A stretch of 63,758 bases of DNA, counting the filler, from Globobulimina sp. (lineage: Eukaryota), in assembly GCA_003354225.1 (NCBI GenBank). It is 17 parts of 17 records of this genome, joined end to end, with 100 filler letters (N's around TTAATTAATTAA, not from the genome) between each part and the next. Parts side by side here need not be neighbours in the genome. Positions count along the whole stretch, not along the records: positions 33,821 to 37,476 come from PIVH01002313.1; positions 37,577 to 41,232 come from PIVH01002314.1; positions 41,333 to 44,987 come from PIVH01002315.1; positions 45,088 to 48,742 come from PIVH01002316.1; 13 more parts are not named here. The stretch is one strand, 5' to 3'. This document shows positions 34,373-45,799 of this stretch, piece after piece. The position numbers were made by a program, and so were the translations under genes. Under the pieces are notes generated by a model. It was given only the letters and a program-made list of their open reading frames with translations. It was not told the DNA's origin and did no database searches. Position 1 is the stretch's first letter. Every line of letters begins with the position of its first letter.

Positions 34373-35760
34373 TTATTTAATTCCTTCCCCAGCTGTGTCA
34401 TTAACATTAGCTAAGTGTTTAAAATGTGATTTTAACGTCAAAAATATATTTGGACGCACTCTTCTTTTTATCTTATAATCTTTACAAAATTTATTCAAAA
34501 CCGGTTGTAATGAAACATAATGACTTGGATGCACCGACGGACACAAATGGTGAATCACCTGATTGTTCAATCCAAGTGACAGAATATTCCAGAATAACGA
34601 ATAAATGTCATAATCAACGCATGATTGTATTTGATGTATTATCCAGTTATCATTCAGTACCTCCTCACCGTCATAAAATGCATCGCCTTGAACATGAGAT
34701 ATTTGACTGAAAATATAAAAAAAAACACCATGGCCCACTCGCGGCAAAATTACAAATAAAAATGCTTTAAAAAACTGATCAATTCCAAATGCATAAACCA
34801 CACTCAATGGCAATATCATAAATATCCACAAAAGTTGCATGAAATATAAAAATAACACATGAGTTGCAAAGCTTTTATTGTCTCCTTTCGAGTCGAACCA
34901 AAAAGGAACCATCAAACGAAGAATATTTCGGTTCACCTTAGATCCCCAAATATTAACCTCACCAATCGAGGTAAATAACATATAAATTGCGATGAAATAG
35001 CGCCATTTGCTATAAATAGATTTATATTTTTGTGTTTTTGAAGTCCGGAAAATAGTAAGAAAGTGATTTAAATCAATATCAAATGTGTTCATATTTGTGT
35101 ATGAATGATGGCTAATAACATGTTGCATTTCCCAATGTACATTTGGAACATGATAAAATCCGCCAAAAAATGCTAATAAATAATTGATATAATTCCAGTT
35201 CGCATTGTTCACCATGCAATAATGTGTGCTGTCATGTAATAAGCCTGAGGAGAATAGCCAATGTGACAGGGATAGCATTGGAATGGCAAACCAATACTGC
35301 TGGAACCAAAAATAATGCGTCACCATCAAGCATAAAAATAAAAAAAAATAAAAACTAAGTCTCATAAAAGAGGCTTTATCTCTGTTGGAATGCAATAAAA
35401 AATATTTAATATGGGCACTTATACCACCATTAATCGTCTGTTGTCGATCGAAGTGAGATTGAACTCGCGATTTCAAATCTAAATACATTTCATAATTTTT
35501 GCCGGTCCAACTAAATGGACTTTTGATTTGTTTTGGCGATGCATCGCAAACATAATATTTGGACAAGATGGATAACATATGATCCAAAGGCTTATTTGAT
35601 GGTAAATGATACATAAAAAATAACTCTGTGCAATCACGCCCACGATTCAATAATAGCATGTGTTTACCACCGGGATGGACAGACATAAATTTGCTTAAAT
35701 CATACACTTTACCATTGATTATCCATTTGTTGTCTTCTGAATTGGATAATGATGGTTTGC
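34373..35760 (-). CDS. Cytochrome b5-fused (front-end) fatty acid desaturase; first exon further upstream
   Basis: WIINGKVYDL..HPGG heme motif and histidine boxes HDSTH, QHVISHH and QVIHH. Confidence 0.93.
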
Positions 35761-36083
35761 TCTAAATATAATTATATATAAAAAAAAGCATATGCATGTT
35801 AAAAAGAACATAAATTAAATCGGAGGTGTCGGACCTTTAAAGATGTATTGCTGGCAGATTTTGGTGGATTGATCTTTCTTATTATAGCACGTATTAGATA
35901 TTTAATAACAACTATTAAACCTGACATTGCTGCCTTTTTTTGTCAGAGTTTTTGAGTCAAGATGTAGCTTAAACCACTTGCAAACAGTATTAAATATCTA
36001 CAATCGGATTTTATCATTACATTGTTAAAATAAATAGTTCCCAGCAATAGCATAAATAAATAAAATAATGTACATAAATAATG

Positions 36084-36875
36084 TCAATTTTTTGTATCTG
36101 TCAAAACAGTATCAACGAATTTATTCGTTTTTGTTGAGGATTTCAATATTTCCATGCAAACATTGTGACATTTTCCTTCATTCCATAGAATAGTCACCTT
36201 ATCTTTTTCAGCTTTAATTAAGCATCGATTTAATTTAAGTGTTTCTGCTTTTTTATTCCATAAATCAATATCTGTGGCACCGCCCGTTTTGCCATGACGC
36301 CAAAGATCCATTCCTTTCGCATATAATGAGGACCAAACATTACTTGCTTCGCGAACATATTTTTTAATGGTTTTTCTTGATAAAAAAGCTGTTTTTGCCT
36401 TCCTACAAATTGTGAAATCATCATATTTCTCTGAATCAACAATACAATTTGGCAATAATTTGTGGTACAATGTTCTAGCTTGTTTTGCTCCCAACCCAGT
36501 TATTAGCGAACATTGATTATCCCCAAAATCTTTGCGTAGTTCATCCAACTCTGTATAGATTCTGCATTGTTGACAAATTCCGGTACTTTTAGTAATATTT
36601 TCATAGCTTAAATCCTCCCATAACATATTTATTATATTATCGGATATTGTGCTCAATTGAATAGCTAAATCATCAACCTTTTGCAGAGTACCATGCTCTG
36701 CTTTCCTTTCCATTAACAACATATTTTCAATTTCAACAATCTGAGATTTTATTGTTCTTAATTTGTGTACAAGCGGTGTTTCCCAATCAAATACTGTTCC
36801 ATGTGCCAATTTAATAATGATCATAGCTATCAAAAGGCGTGTAGCGCACATTGAAGCAAGTTTTAATCTAAACAT
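36084..36875 (-). CDS. Hypothetical secreted protein
   Basis: 263-aa ORF with a signal-peptide-like start. Confidence 0.65.
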   Translation of the reverse strand: MFRLKLASMCATRLLIAMIIIKLAHGTVFDWETPLVHKLRTIKSQIVEIENMLLMERKAEHGTLQKVDDLAIQLSTISDNIINMLWEDLSYENITKSTGICQQCRIYTELDELRKDFGDNQCSLITGLGAKQARTLYHKLLPNCIVDSEKYDDFTICRKAKTAFLSRKTIKKYVREASNVWSSLYAKGMDLWRHGKTGGATDIDLWNKKAETLKLNRCLIKAEKDKVTILWNEGKCHNVCMEILKSSTKTNKFVDTVLTDTKN

Positions 36876-37183
36876 AGCGGTTTATCCTATTATTAGAGAA
36901 AAGTTATCGCAAAAGTTTTAGTTCCACCTCAAGAAAATCGCTTCGCAGTGAATGGCACAATTGGAATATTTATTTATATTATTTTATTTTTCATGTACTC
37001 ATTTTATCGTTTTTGATAAATTAAAACAATATGCTGCTGACTTACCAGCAATTCAGAATATGTTGTTATCGTCGACAACTTTCCAATTTTTTTTTGTTTA
37101 TTACGTTTTTCGTTATTATAATGATTTAACAATGTACGTTTGAATTTGTATTTTGGAGCATTATCGTTGATATTACGTTATGT

Positions 37184-37476
37184 CTTAAAGCAATTCTTGC
37201 TTTTCTTGTTATTGGCGGTGCCTGGTTAATCTTTGCTTTCCGCGGCCAAACCAGTATGCCGCGCGGTTCCGGCGAAACCGCCAATATTCAACTCCCACCC
37301 GGATTTGAAATCAACGTTTTTCAAAACGAATTAGATAGCCCGCGTTTTATGGCACTTGGTCCTGATGGTGTGATTTATGTTGCTGAACGCGGCGCAGACC
37401 GAATCATTGCCCTTCCGGATGAAGACGGTGATGGCGTTGCTGACGAAGTCCGGGTTTTTGCCGAAGATCTGAATGC
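37184..37476 (+). CDS. Bacterial-type PQQ-dependent sugar/sorbosone dehydrogenase fragment
   Basis: Hydrophobic anchor, then LPPGFEINVF...PRFMALGPDGVIYVAE.GADRIIALPDEDGDGVADEVRVFA. GC content rises abruptly here. Confidence 0.85.
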
Positions 37477-37588
37477 NNNNNNNNNNNNNNNNNNNNNNNN
37501 NNNNNNNNNNNNNNNNNNNNTTAATTAATTAANNNNNNNNNNNNNNNNNNNNNNNNNNNNNNNNNNNNNNNNNNNNACAAACTTCGCC

Positions 37589-38140
37589 ATGGATGCTCGT
37601 TTTTTAATAGCACCGACATTATTTGGATGTGCAATCATTGGAAATTATTTTTTATCCCCAGCCAACGTAATGACACTATGTCATTTATTCGGAACATCGT
37701 TAAATTTTGGAATGTCAGCATACACCACCTGTATTATTGGTGCTATCCTATTGAAAACATTGCCACGTCCGCAATTTGCCGCAGTTCAAAAGAAATTATT
37801 TCCGATTTATTTTTCATTGCAAACAATTTGTTCACTCGCAATTGCGTACATTATGTCAACGTATAAAGATAACATTGGTTATCAAAAACAAATTGTTTAC
37901 ATAACCGCAGTGCTTGCTTTATTACAATTATTATTAATCGAATCACAAACAAACAAAGCATTAGACGTATTTTTAAAATTCAAAAAAGAACAAGGTGAAG
38001 ACGGCCAATCCAAAGACTTTAAGAAAGCAAAAGGAAAATTTTTTGCATGGCATGGTGTGAGTACGTTGATAAACATCATCTCATTTATCTTGCAATCATT
38101 TCATGTGTATTGGTTAGCTTCCAAACTATCAATACAGTAA
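37589..38140 (+). CDS. TMEM205: TMEM205 / DUF4149 family membrane protein
   Basis: LPRPQFAAVQKKLFPIYF and KFFAWHGVSTLIN motifs; 4 TM helices. Confidence 0.85.
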   Translation: MDARFLIAPTLFGCAIIGNYFLSPANVMTLCHLFGTSLNFGMSAYTTCIIGAILLKTLPRPQFAAVQKKLFPIYFSLQTICSLAIAYIMSTYKDNIGYQKQIVYITAVLALLQLLLIESQTNKALDVFLKFKKEQGEDGQSKDFKKAKGKFFAWHGVSTLINIISFILQSFHVYWLASKLSIQ

Positions 38141-38177
38141 ACATTAATTTTATAATTTTATTTAATTTAAAATCAAT

Positions 38178-39018
38178 TCAAAATTTGTCTCTCCCCGAAA
38201 ACCATTCAGACCAACGGTCCCGTTGTATTTCAACGCGCGGAGAGGTTTGTCCTAACCGCTGATTGCCAGTGGCCAGCATGTTCTCCTTTGCTACCAGTTT
38301 CGGTTTGATCTCAATCCTCCAGCGGCAATATTCAATGATAAAATATGAATAATAGAATCTTGTCCAAAGCCAGAGCGGCCACGTTAAACTCAGCAAAACT
38401 GCCCAATCTCCACAGGCCTCCTTCCAGCGTTGTCCCCCAAATGGAAACCTCATAAATCCCTGTTCTGAGCCTACCGATGGTGAAATTTCCAGAAATTTAA
38501 TTTGAAAGTATATTGCATATAAAATACCTGATTTCCAAAACGGTTCTGACATTAACTTTGGTAGTTTGAATGGCATAGTTTTCCATATTCTGTTGAATCT
38601 GCGTCCGGGCTGAATGCAATAAAAGCTCATAATGCCAGGGAAATATAGGATTGGTCGGACCACAAATCTGGATAACATGTATAAGCCAAAAAAGTGTCGG
38701 AGTCTCCATGTGTGTAATGGTTGGCGCATTTCTCTGAATTTAAATTTTATGTCATCCAGCCATAATTCCCATGGTTTTAGCTTTCTATGATGGTAATAAG
38801 TGGAGGAGAATGTGTTGGGTTCCTTTATTTTTGTATTGGATTCATTTCGTTTCTCAGATCTATCTTTGATTTGTTGGATCAAATATATTAAACAAAAAGG
38901 AAATATATTTCCGATAAGATAAATATTATGATACAAAACTGATGAAGTGTGGGTTTTCACCAATCGGTATTGGTTCCTGTGCTGTGGGTGTTGCGGCAGT
39001 TGTGATTGTATGTTGCAT
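38178..39018 (-). CDS. Hypothetical membrane protein, probably spliced near the 5' end
   Basis: Long ORF with W/F-rich hydrophobic segments and a likely intron near 38865-38939. Confidence 0.55.
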
Positions 39019-39100
39019 TTTGACAAAGTTTTCAAGTTTTACAGTTTTTTTCTTCTTTCAAATAATATTATTGGTTGCTGCATTCCCTCCAAACGAAACC

Positions 39101-41232
39101 ATGAATTGCACAAAATATTTTCATGTACAAAGATTTTTGCATCTTTTATGGATAATAATAAGTCATATTCACCAAACGCATAGTTTTGGTGATTTCCCGT
39201 CTGGCCATTTATTTCACTCCATGGAGAATAAATATGTGCCGTCAACAACACAATTTATTCCAATCACAACCAATAATAACGACATAAAACCAACCACACA
39301 AAATGCAAAGCAAAACCAGTCTAAACCTACAGTCTCCACTGCCAATATATGCAATACAAATCAGTCCCCACTGCCACATTCAAATAATAACAAAACAACC
39401 TCAAACACCTCAACCTATACTCCTTATTCTGTGCAAACATCCACCATCGACCCATCGCCAATATTGTCCTACATCAATCACACATCCACTTACAAGCAAG
39501 TATTCAATCCCTCATGGATCCCGCAATCGGACACCGTCCCACATTCTGGGCTAATGGTCCAAGTCCAAAATTGTTCATTAAAAGTTAAGCACTTTACTAC
39601 AGAAACACTTTACGCACTGCACAAACATATACATATCTACAGCCGGGAGTATGTACACATTGTAATTCCACCTCAGGCCTCGTATATACACCGTGCGATA
39701 TAGTGACTGGTCGGTGCAGCAATGTAGTATTACCATCTGGTGACATACCGCATGTACTCACTTACAACAAAAGCATCATTGCTAAAATTTTCAAACAAGC
39801 AGATTATTATCAAAATCCGTCCATATTTTACTGGAATAACTTGTATTATCTCTTTGTAGCTCCTTCATTGAAAAAAGTTGAATTATACACAACCAATACT
39901 CCCCGCAACATGACCTCATGGCAACTGTTTAGTTCTTTTGTCCCTATTCGCATAATCGCAGACATATAATGTGTGTACATATGTATATGCAGTAAAAAGT
40001 GTGCGTTCCCCACAAACAATAAAATATCCATTCCAACGAGTTTATTGCCGCGCAATGTGTCGTATTCTGACACCAAACATTATCTGTTTTTTGGTGGAGA
40101 AGGACATATTTGAGTGACCAATTCATGTCTATTAACGCAATGGGAAAATATTGATTATGCAGCCTGGTTATCACCGCGTGCTGCATATTTTGACCGCGAC
40201 GGTGTAGAAACCGGTCCCTCTCCGATTAAATTGCATGATGGCAATTATTTGATGCTGTACAATGGATATAAGACATATGATGTTGACATAGAGATCAATA
40301 ATCATGATATTGTGCCAAATGGCAATCATGAACTAATAGTACCGCATGGCGCGAAACATTATGCCATTGGCTGGCTGATATTAGACGGCGCAAATCCGAC
40401 TAAAATATTACAACGATCAGAGTCGCCGTTAATAAGCGCTACGTTTGATTATCAGATTGGCAATGCTCCGTTTACCTGCACTCAGAGCAGCAGTGTCTAC
40501 GCAAAGGCCATTGTGCGGATGTCCAGTATGTGTTTTTTTATGTTTTTGCGTGTGTGTGACTATATTTTGTGTGCATTTGTGATAGGTCCGATATCTACAA
40601 ATGGCACAGAATCATTTCGTGTGTATTTCAGTGCAGCGGATACGTCTGTTGGTACAGCTGTGATCATAGTGTCACATGCGAAGGATAGTCGTGGTGGGCA
40701 ATGGTATGAGATTGCGGTGATTGTGTCGATTGGTTGCGGTATATTTGTAATTATAATGTTTCTAATGATTTGGTGTAAGAATAGCAAAGAAATGTTGGAT
40801 TTGACCACTGAAGCAAAGTTTTTATCGGTGGCCAGTACACATACCCATCTCTCCAAAAATACGCATGAGATATCGGGCACAAATCATCATGGCACACCGT
40901 ATGTGATTGGGAGTTTAGATAGAAAGTATAGTAAATTATACACAAACGTCAACACGACGGAGAATGCGAACCATGCTCATGTACATACCACTGAATGTTA
41001 TGAAGAGTCCGGAAATTGTACATGTTTAGTCAGGAATGATGGGAATGTGTTAAACAATGCTTCGTTGAATTCAAATACTGTTAAGTTTGTATGCAATTAT
41101 TTAAGTATGAATTATATATATTAAATAATCCAATATTCAGTCCACAAATTCCAGTGCGACCTCGTGCAGCACGGATGGGAATGACAGTCCTTCATTGAGA
41201 GCATCGTATTGTATGGAATGCGAAGGTAAACA
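39101..41232 (+). CDS. Type I membrane protein with GH130-like beta-propeller glycosidase domain, multiple introns, 3' partial
   Basis: Signal peptide, Thr-rich stalk, LSPRAAYFDRDGVETGPSPIKLHDGNYLMLYNG, YAIGWLILDGANPTKILQRS..PLI, VYFSAADTSVG, then a TM helix. Confidence 0.7.
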
Positions 41233-41332
41233 NNNNNNNNNNNNNNNNNNNNNNNNNNNNNNNNNNNNNNNNNNNNTTAATTAATTAANNNNNNNNNNNN
41301 NNNNNNNNNNNNNNNNNNNNNNNNNNNNNNNN

Positions 41333-42442
41333 CAAGAAAGCATTAAAAATGCGCCGCATGGATTGAATTTGTTTAATATCGAAGGATATAATAATTTGAA
41401 TCTAATTGGTTCCATATTCCCACAGACACAGACTGTGATTCCTTGCGGATTGTTGTATGAGCATTATTGCGCTGTAACATTTGGAGAGAACGAGTCGTGG
41501 GATTGCAGCCATAATGGTTCTCTCTGTCTGTATGGAAATGATATCTATGACTCAGAAAAGGTGTCCTTGCAACTCGCAGTAGCAAATTTTATGAGTGACG
41601 GTGAGCCAAAAAACGAAAGTATTTTTACGGATATACATTGTGAAAAAGATAAGAGCTGTTTTATCTATCCACTGTCATTGATGCCTTTGGTGCTGAATAA
41701 TAGCAATGTTTATAGGTTCAATTGCGCGCAGGATAGCAATTGCAGCGTTGTGTATTGTTCAGAAACGTGTAAAAATATGATGATACACGCAAATAACACG
41801 AATAATACATATATAAATTGCAATCATTTTAGTGATTTGATAATAAGCGATTGCAGAAATAGTAATATTTCCGCGCATAACGCACATTTTGTCAGTCTTA
41901 TGTTCAATGAATTTTATACGTTTACTGCAATACATTCGTTTTCAAATTCAATTATTTATGCGATGGGTGTGGGTTTATTACAAATTGACGCGTTTCATTA
42001 TGATGTTGAACATTTGACTGTTTATACGTCGTTAAAATATTATGATGGACGGAATGGAGTTTATTTGGAATGTGAGCGGTGTGGCGATGCGAATATATAT
42101 TATTTAAATAGTAAGAAGGAGAATAAAATGGATTATTTGTATATTAATTGCAATGATAAAGAAACATCGTGTTCGAATATGATTATATATTATGATTTGC
42201 AGAAGTATTTTGGATGTAATATGTTATGGAGAGCCATTTCAAAGTCATATGTTTGTAATCCATTCGATAATTCGCCGGTGAAAAAGCATTACGATGATAG
42301 TTGGTGGACTTACACCATTTTTATACCGGTTGGGGTAATGGTTGTGATTTGTGCATGTTATATGTATCGGTCTTGTTGCGTAAAGAAGGAGAAAAAACCC
42401 AAGATTCTCGGTTATGGACCATTTAGTGATCCCGGAGACTGA
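41333..42442 (+). CDS. Cys/Asn-rich beta-repeat surface protein with C-terminal TM (5' partial)
   Basis: Repeating I-x-C......C.N..I motifs, TM WWTYTIFIPVGVMVVICAC and a short basic tail. Confidence 0.75.
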   Translation, partial: QESIKNAPHGLNLFNIEGYNNLNLIGSIFPQTQTVIPCGLLYEHYCAVTFGENESWDCSHNGSLCLYGNDIYDSEKVSLQLAVANFMSDGEPKNESIFTDIHCEKDKSCFIYPLSLMPLVLNNSNVYRFNCAQDSNCSVVYCSETCKNMMIHANNTNNTYINCNHFSDLIISDCRNSNISAHNAHFVSLMFNEFYTFTAIHSFSNSIIYAMGVGLLQIDAFHYDVEHLTVYTSLKYYDGRNGVYLECERCGDANIYYLNSKKENKMDYLYINCNDKETSCSNMIIYYDLQKYFGCNMLWRAISKSYVCNPFDNSPVKKHYDDSWWTYTIFIPVGVMVVICACYMYRSCCVKKEKKPKILGYGPFSDPGD

Positions 42443-42548
42443 CTCGTGTCATGTTAATATCGCAGAGCTGAGGTTTTTTTGCTCATGTTTTTAAGTTTAA
42501 TTTTAATTATATTGTATCCATTTGAAAAAGTAAAAAACTCATATTGAG

Positions 42549-43922
42549 TTACATAACATCGCCTATTTTATATACCACGTTTTTAGTCTCATCACCAATT
42601 TTATTCGCAACTTTTTTTGTCCCATCACCAATTTTATTGACAAAATTCTTGGTCTCATCACCAATTTTATTCATAGCCTTTTTGCTTCCAACCATTGTTT
42701 TTTTTGCAGCTTTCTGCATTTGCATTTTAGTTTCATCTCCAATTTGACTGACAACATTTTTTGTAATATCCATAACAGTCTCATTAACATCATCCCTGAC
42801 AAACATAGTCTGTCCAATAGAACCAAAAATCTTCTCTCTATAATCCACCGCTTCATTGATTTGCTTGGCCACACCCATAGTTCCACCGATTTTGATTGCT
42901 GCTGAGTCCACGGAACGCATTAATTTATACGCTTTATGTCCAAATAAAGATTTTTTGCGTTTCTCCCACATTGCGCGATGAATCAACTGCACCTCACAAA
43001 TATGCGCAGGTAATGCTGAATTATCAATTTGTACATCCTCTACATTTCCCCATATAGCTTGACCATCGTCAGAGTCCTCTACAGCACTCTTAATGTCATC
43101 GCGTACCAAACCAGAAGGCCGAACAGAGAGTGTACAGTCTGCCCAACCCTGAGAAGTAAGATCATCCTGGTAACGATTTTTAATTTTAATGATCTCAAAA
43201 CCATAACAATTGTATCTGAACGTATGTAGAAGCAGCAAAATATAATATAACTGTTGGAAATTGTCGTGAACGATGCAACTGCGACAAACATCTACCAATC
43301 TTAGCCAGTTACCATTGTAATTTACTTCAACTTTCTCTTTTGATCGTTTGTATTTCTTTAACGGTGCTTTGATCACTTCACAAGCTGCAACATTCTGCAC
43401 CATTGTACTTGGAAGTTTATCTACATATTCTTTGACATTTTGTAGACAAAAATATAATGCATTTTGACATTTTGTAGCATTGCTTTCAACCGATTGCCAA
43501 GTGTTTTTATGATGTGCTGGATGATGAGATTTGGATTGGGTGCCATTAATTGTTTTTAGTTTCTTACAAATTTGCATGCATTTGGTATAATAAGCATGGT
43601 CAGATTTTGTTATTTTGGTCAATGTTAAATGGTATGGCGTCACAAAATCTGTTGCTTGTTTTGTATGTTTGATTAATGTTTCTTTTGTTTTCCCGGTGAT
43701 TAATTTCTTTGCTGTGTAATATGTGATGATGGATCCAGTAATGTATAAAGCGGTGCTAAATCCCATTGCTATTAATATTGCACGGCGTGGTGAGAAATTG
43801 GCATCATTTACGTAGTTTGAATAACGATTACGCAGAATTTTATAAATGTGATACAGTAAACATTTCATATTGGAGACACCATCCGATATTCGAGTGTGAA
43901 TTGTGTTGAAAAATGATGCCAT
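42549..43922 (-). CDS. RelA/SpoT-like nucleotidyltransferase domain protein with N-terminal TM and C-terminal 11-aa repeats
   Basis: APLKKYKRSKEK, LVDVCRSCIV, KIKNRY, GWAD, ICEVQL and GHKAYKLMR follow the Syn1-Syn5 order. The tail is repeated IGD(E/G)TK 11-mers. Confidence 0.75.
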   Translation of the reverse strand: MASFFNTIHTRISDGVSNMKCLLYHIYKILRNRYSNYVNDANFSPRRAILIAMGFSTALYITGSIITYYTAKKLITGKTKETLIKHTKQATDFVTPYHLTLTKITKSDHAYYTKCMQICKKLKTINGTQSKSHHPAHHKNTWQSVESNATKCQNALYFCLQNVKEYVDKLPSTMVQNVAACEVIKAPLKKYKRSKEKVEVNYNGNWLRLVDVCRSCIVHDNFQQLYYILLLLHTFRYNCYGFEIIKIKNRYQDDLTSQGWADCTLSVRPSGLVRDDIKSAVEDSDDGQAIWGNVEDVQIDNSALPAHICEVQLIHRAMWEKRKKSLFGHKAYKLMRSVDSAAIKIGGTMGVAKQINEAVDYREKIFGSIGQTMFVRDDVNETVMDITKNVVSQIGDETKMQMQKAAKKTMVGSKKAMNKIGDETKNFVNKIGDGTKKVANKIGDETKNVVYKIGDVM

Positions 43923-44068
43923 TTTAGTTTGCTAAGCTAAAGTAAGTAAGTAAGTTTTTTCGAAGATGACACGTAAAAATTGAGAAATTATTTTATAAAC
44001 AAAAGCAAATACAGAAAACAAAATAATTCATATCAATTATCACCCAAAACACGTACAGCCAACCTCTT

Positions 44069-44787
44069 TTAATATGGCGTGCATGGATTCCTATATTTTT
44101 TGCCAGCATACACTGCATTTTTGCCTAACTCCTCCTCAATCCGCAATAACTGATTATACTTCGCCAACCTCTCCGACCGGCACGGCGCCCCGGTCTTAAT
44201 CTGCCCCGTCGATAGTCCCACCGCCAAATCCGCGATAAATGTATCCTCAGTCTCGCCCGAACGATGCGAAGTCATCACGCCCCATCCAGCTTTTTTCGCG
44301 ATTTTCACCGCCTCAATGGCTTCGCTCAAACTTCCAATCTGATTCACTTTCAACAACAACGCGTTGCACGCACCCACTTTAATGGCCTCCTCAATGCGCG
44401 TCGGATTGGTCACCAATAAGTCATCCCCGACGATCTGGATCTTGTCCCCGACGTCTTTGTTGAATCCAATCCATCCCTTCCAATCGTCCTCGTCATGGCC
44501 GTCCTCCACCGACTCAAAAGGATACGCATCGATCAATTCCTTATAGAATTTAGACAAACCCTCACTGTCCAAAGCCTCCTCCGGCGCAGCCTTAGCGTCG
44601 TCGTCCTCTTTCTTGACCCATTTCTTTAGGTTATATTTGAAGTCTTTTTTGTCAGCGTCCTTGGTACAGAACTCGGAGGCCGCCGCGTCAGTGCCTAACA
44701 CCACTTTGTCTTCATAGCCCGCCAACTTTACCGCTTCCATTATCATTTCGCACGCTTCTTTCGAGGATTGAATGTTGGGCGCAAATC
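44069..44787 (-). CDS. ENO: Enolase, 3' exon; the upstream part lies beyond an intron and the contig end
   Basis: [40 protein letters not shown] and [28 protein letters not shown] splice acceptor TGTAG precedes GFAP. Confidence 0.98.
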
Positions 44788-45087
44788 CTACACAAACCAA
44801 TCAAAAAAATGCAACTGTCACACTCGAAATGCGTAGAATTTCCATGCAGTTTCAAATCATGCTTTCTCTGGGAATCAGAGTGAAAAATAGAGGGTATGAA
44901 ACTCGACCAAAGTGTATAAATTCAATGTCAAAAGGAAGGAAAAATATGCATTTTGGTTGCGAACTGCAAAAAAAAAAATATCAAACGNNNNNNNNNNNNN
45001 NNNNNNNNNNNNNNNNNNNNNNNNNNNNNNNTTAATTAATTAANNNNNNNNNNNNNNNNNNNNNNNNNNNNNNNNNNNNNNNNNNNN

Positions 45088-45553
45088 ATCCAAACGATAA
45101 TATCGGCCCTTTTTTGTTTTCTTTTGTTATTACCATACAGCTATTTAAATTTATCAATTTATTCATCTCATTGCACCAAATGTCTCTATTTGTGTCAATA
45201 TCTGTTTTGAATGTAAATATTAATTTTTTCTCCAATTCAATATCGAATTTGTAGTTTGTATATTGAGGTGTCATGTGTTTGCGAATCAAAACTATGTTTC
45301 TTATATCTATTTTTTCGGTTGGTTGTTGATTATATTTTCTCTCGTTTTTATAGGAATAAAGTGTATTCCCAGCTAATACCATCCATCTTCTTCTCCATTT
45401 CTTCAATACACGACTTTTCTTAAACAACCAGCCTTCAATGTGGAGATGTTGACTTATGTAGATTTCTCTGCTTTTACTCTCTGTTTCTGTGTCTTGAATA
45501 ATAATATGTTTATTGCTTATCTCTTTTTGCATGAAAGAGGCGGATTGAGCCAT
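45088..45553 (-). CDS. PH-domain protein (3' partial)
   Basis: EGWLFKKSRVLKKWRRRWMVL...LYSYK...RDIWCNEM. Confidence 0.9.
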
Positions 45554-45799
45554 CGAGATATCACTGTTTCGTTTCGATTATAATTAAACTCAGCTTTAAA
45601 AAATGTTGATTTCTCGCTAAATCGATCGATATATATCAAAAAAAAGAAATTGATTAAAAAAATAACATAACTGTAGCAATAAAAAAAAATTATAAAACAA
45701 AAAACATTTTATTTTATACGTGATGAAATCAACAAGTGTAATATTATCAGAATCATATCATTTGATAACAAGTTAAAAACAAAAATCTTTAAATTAAAT

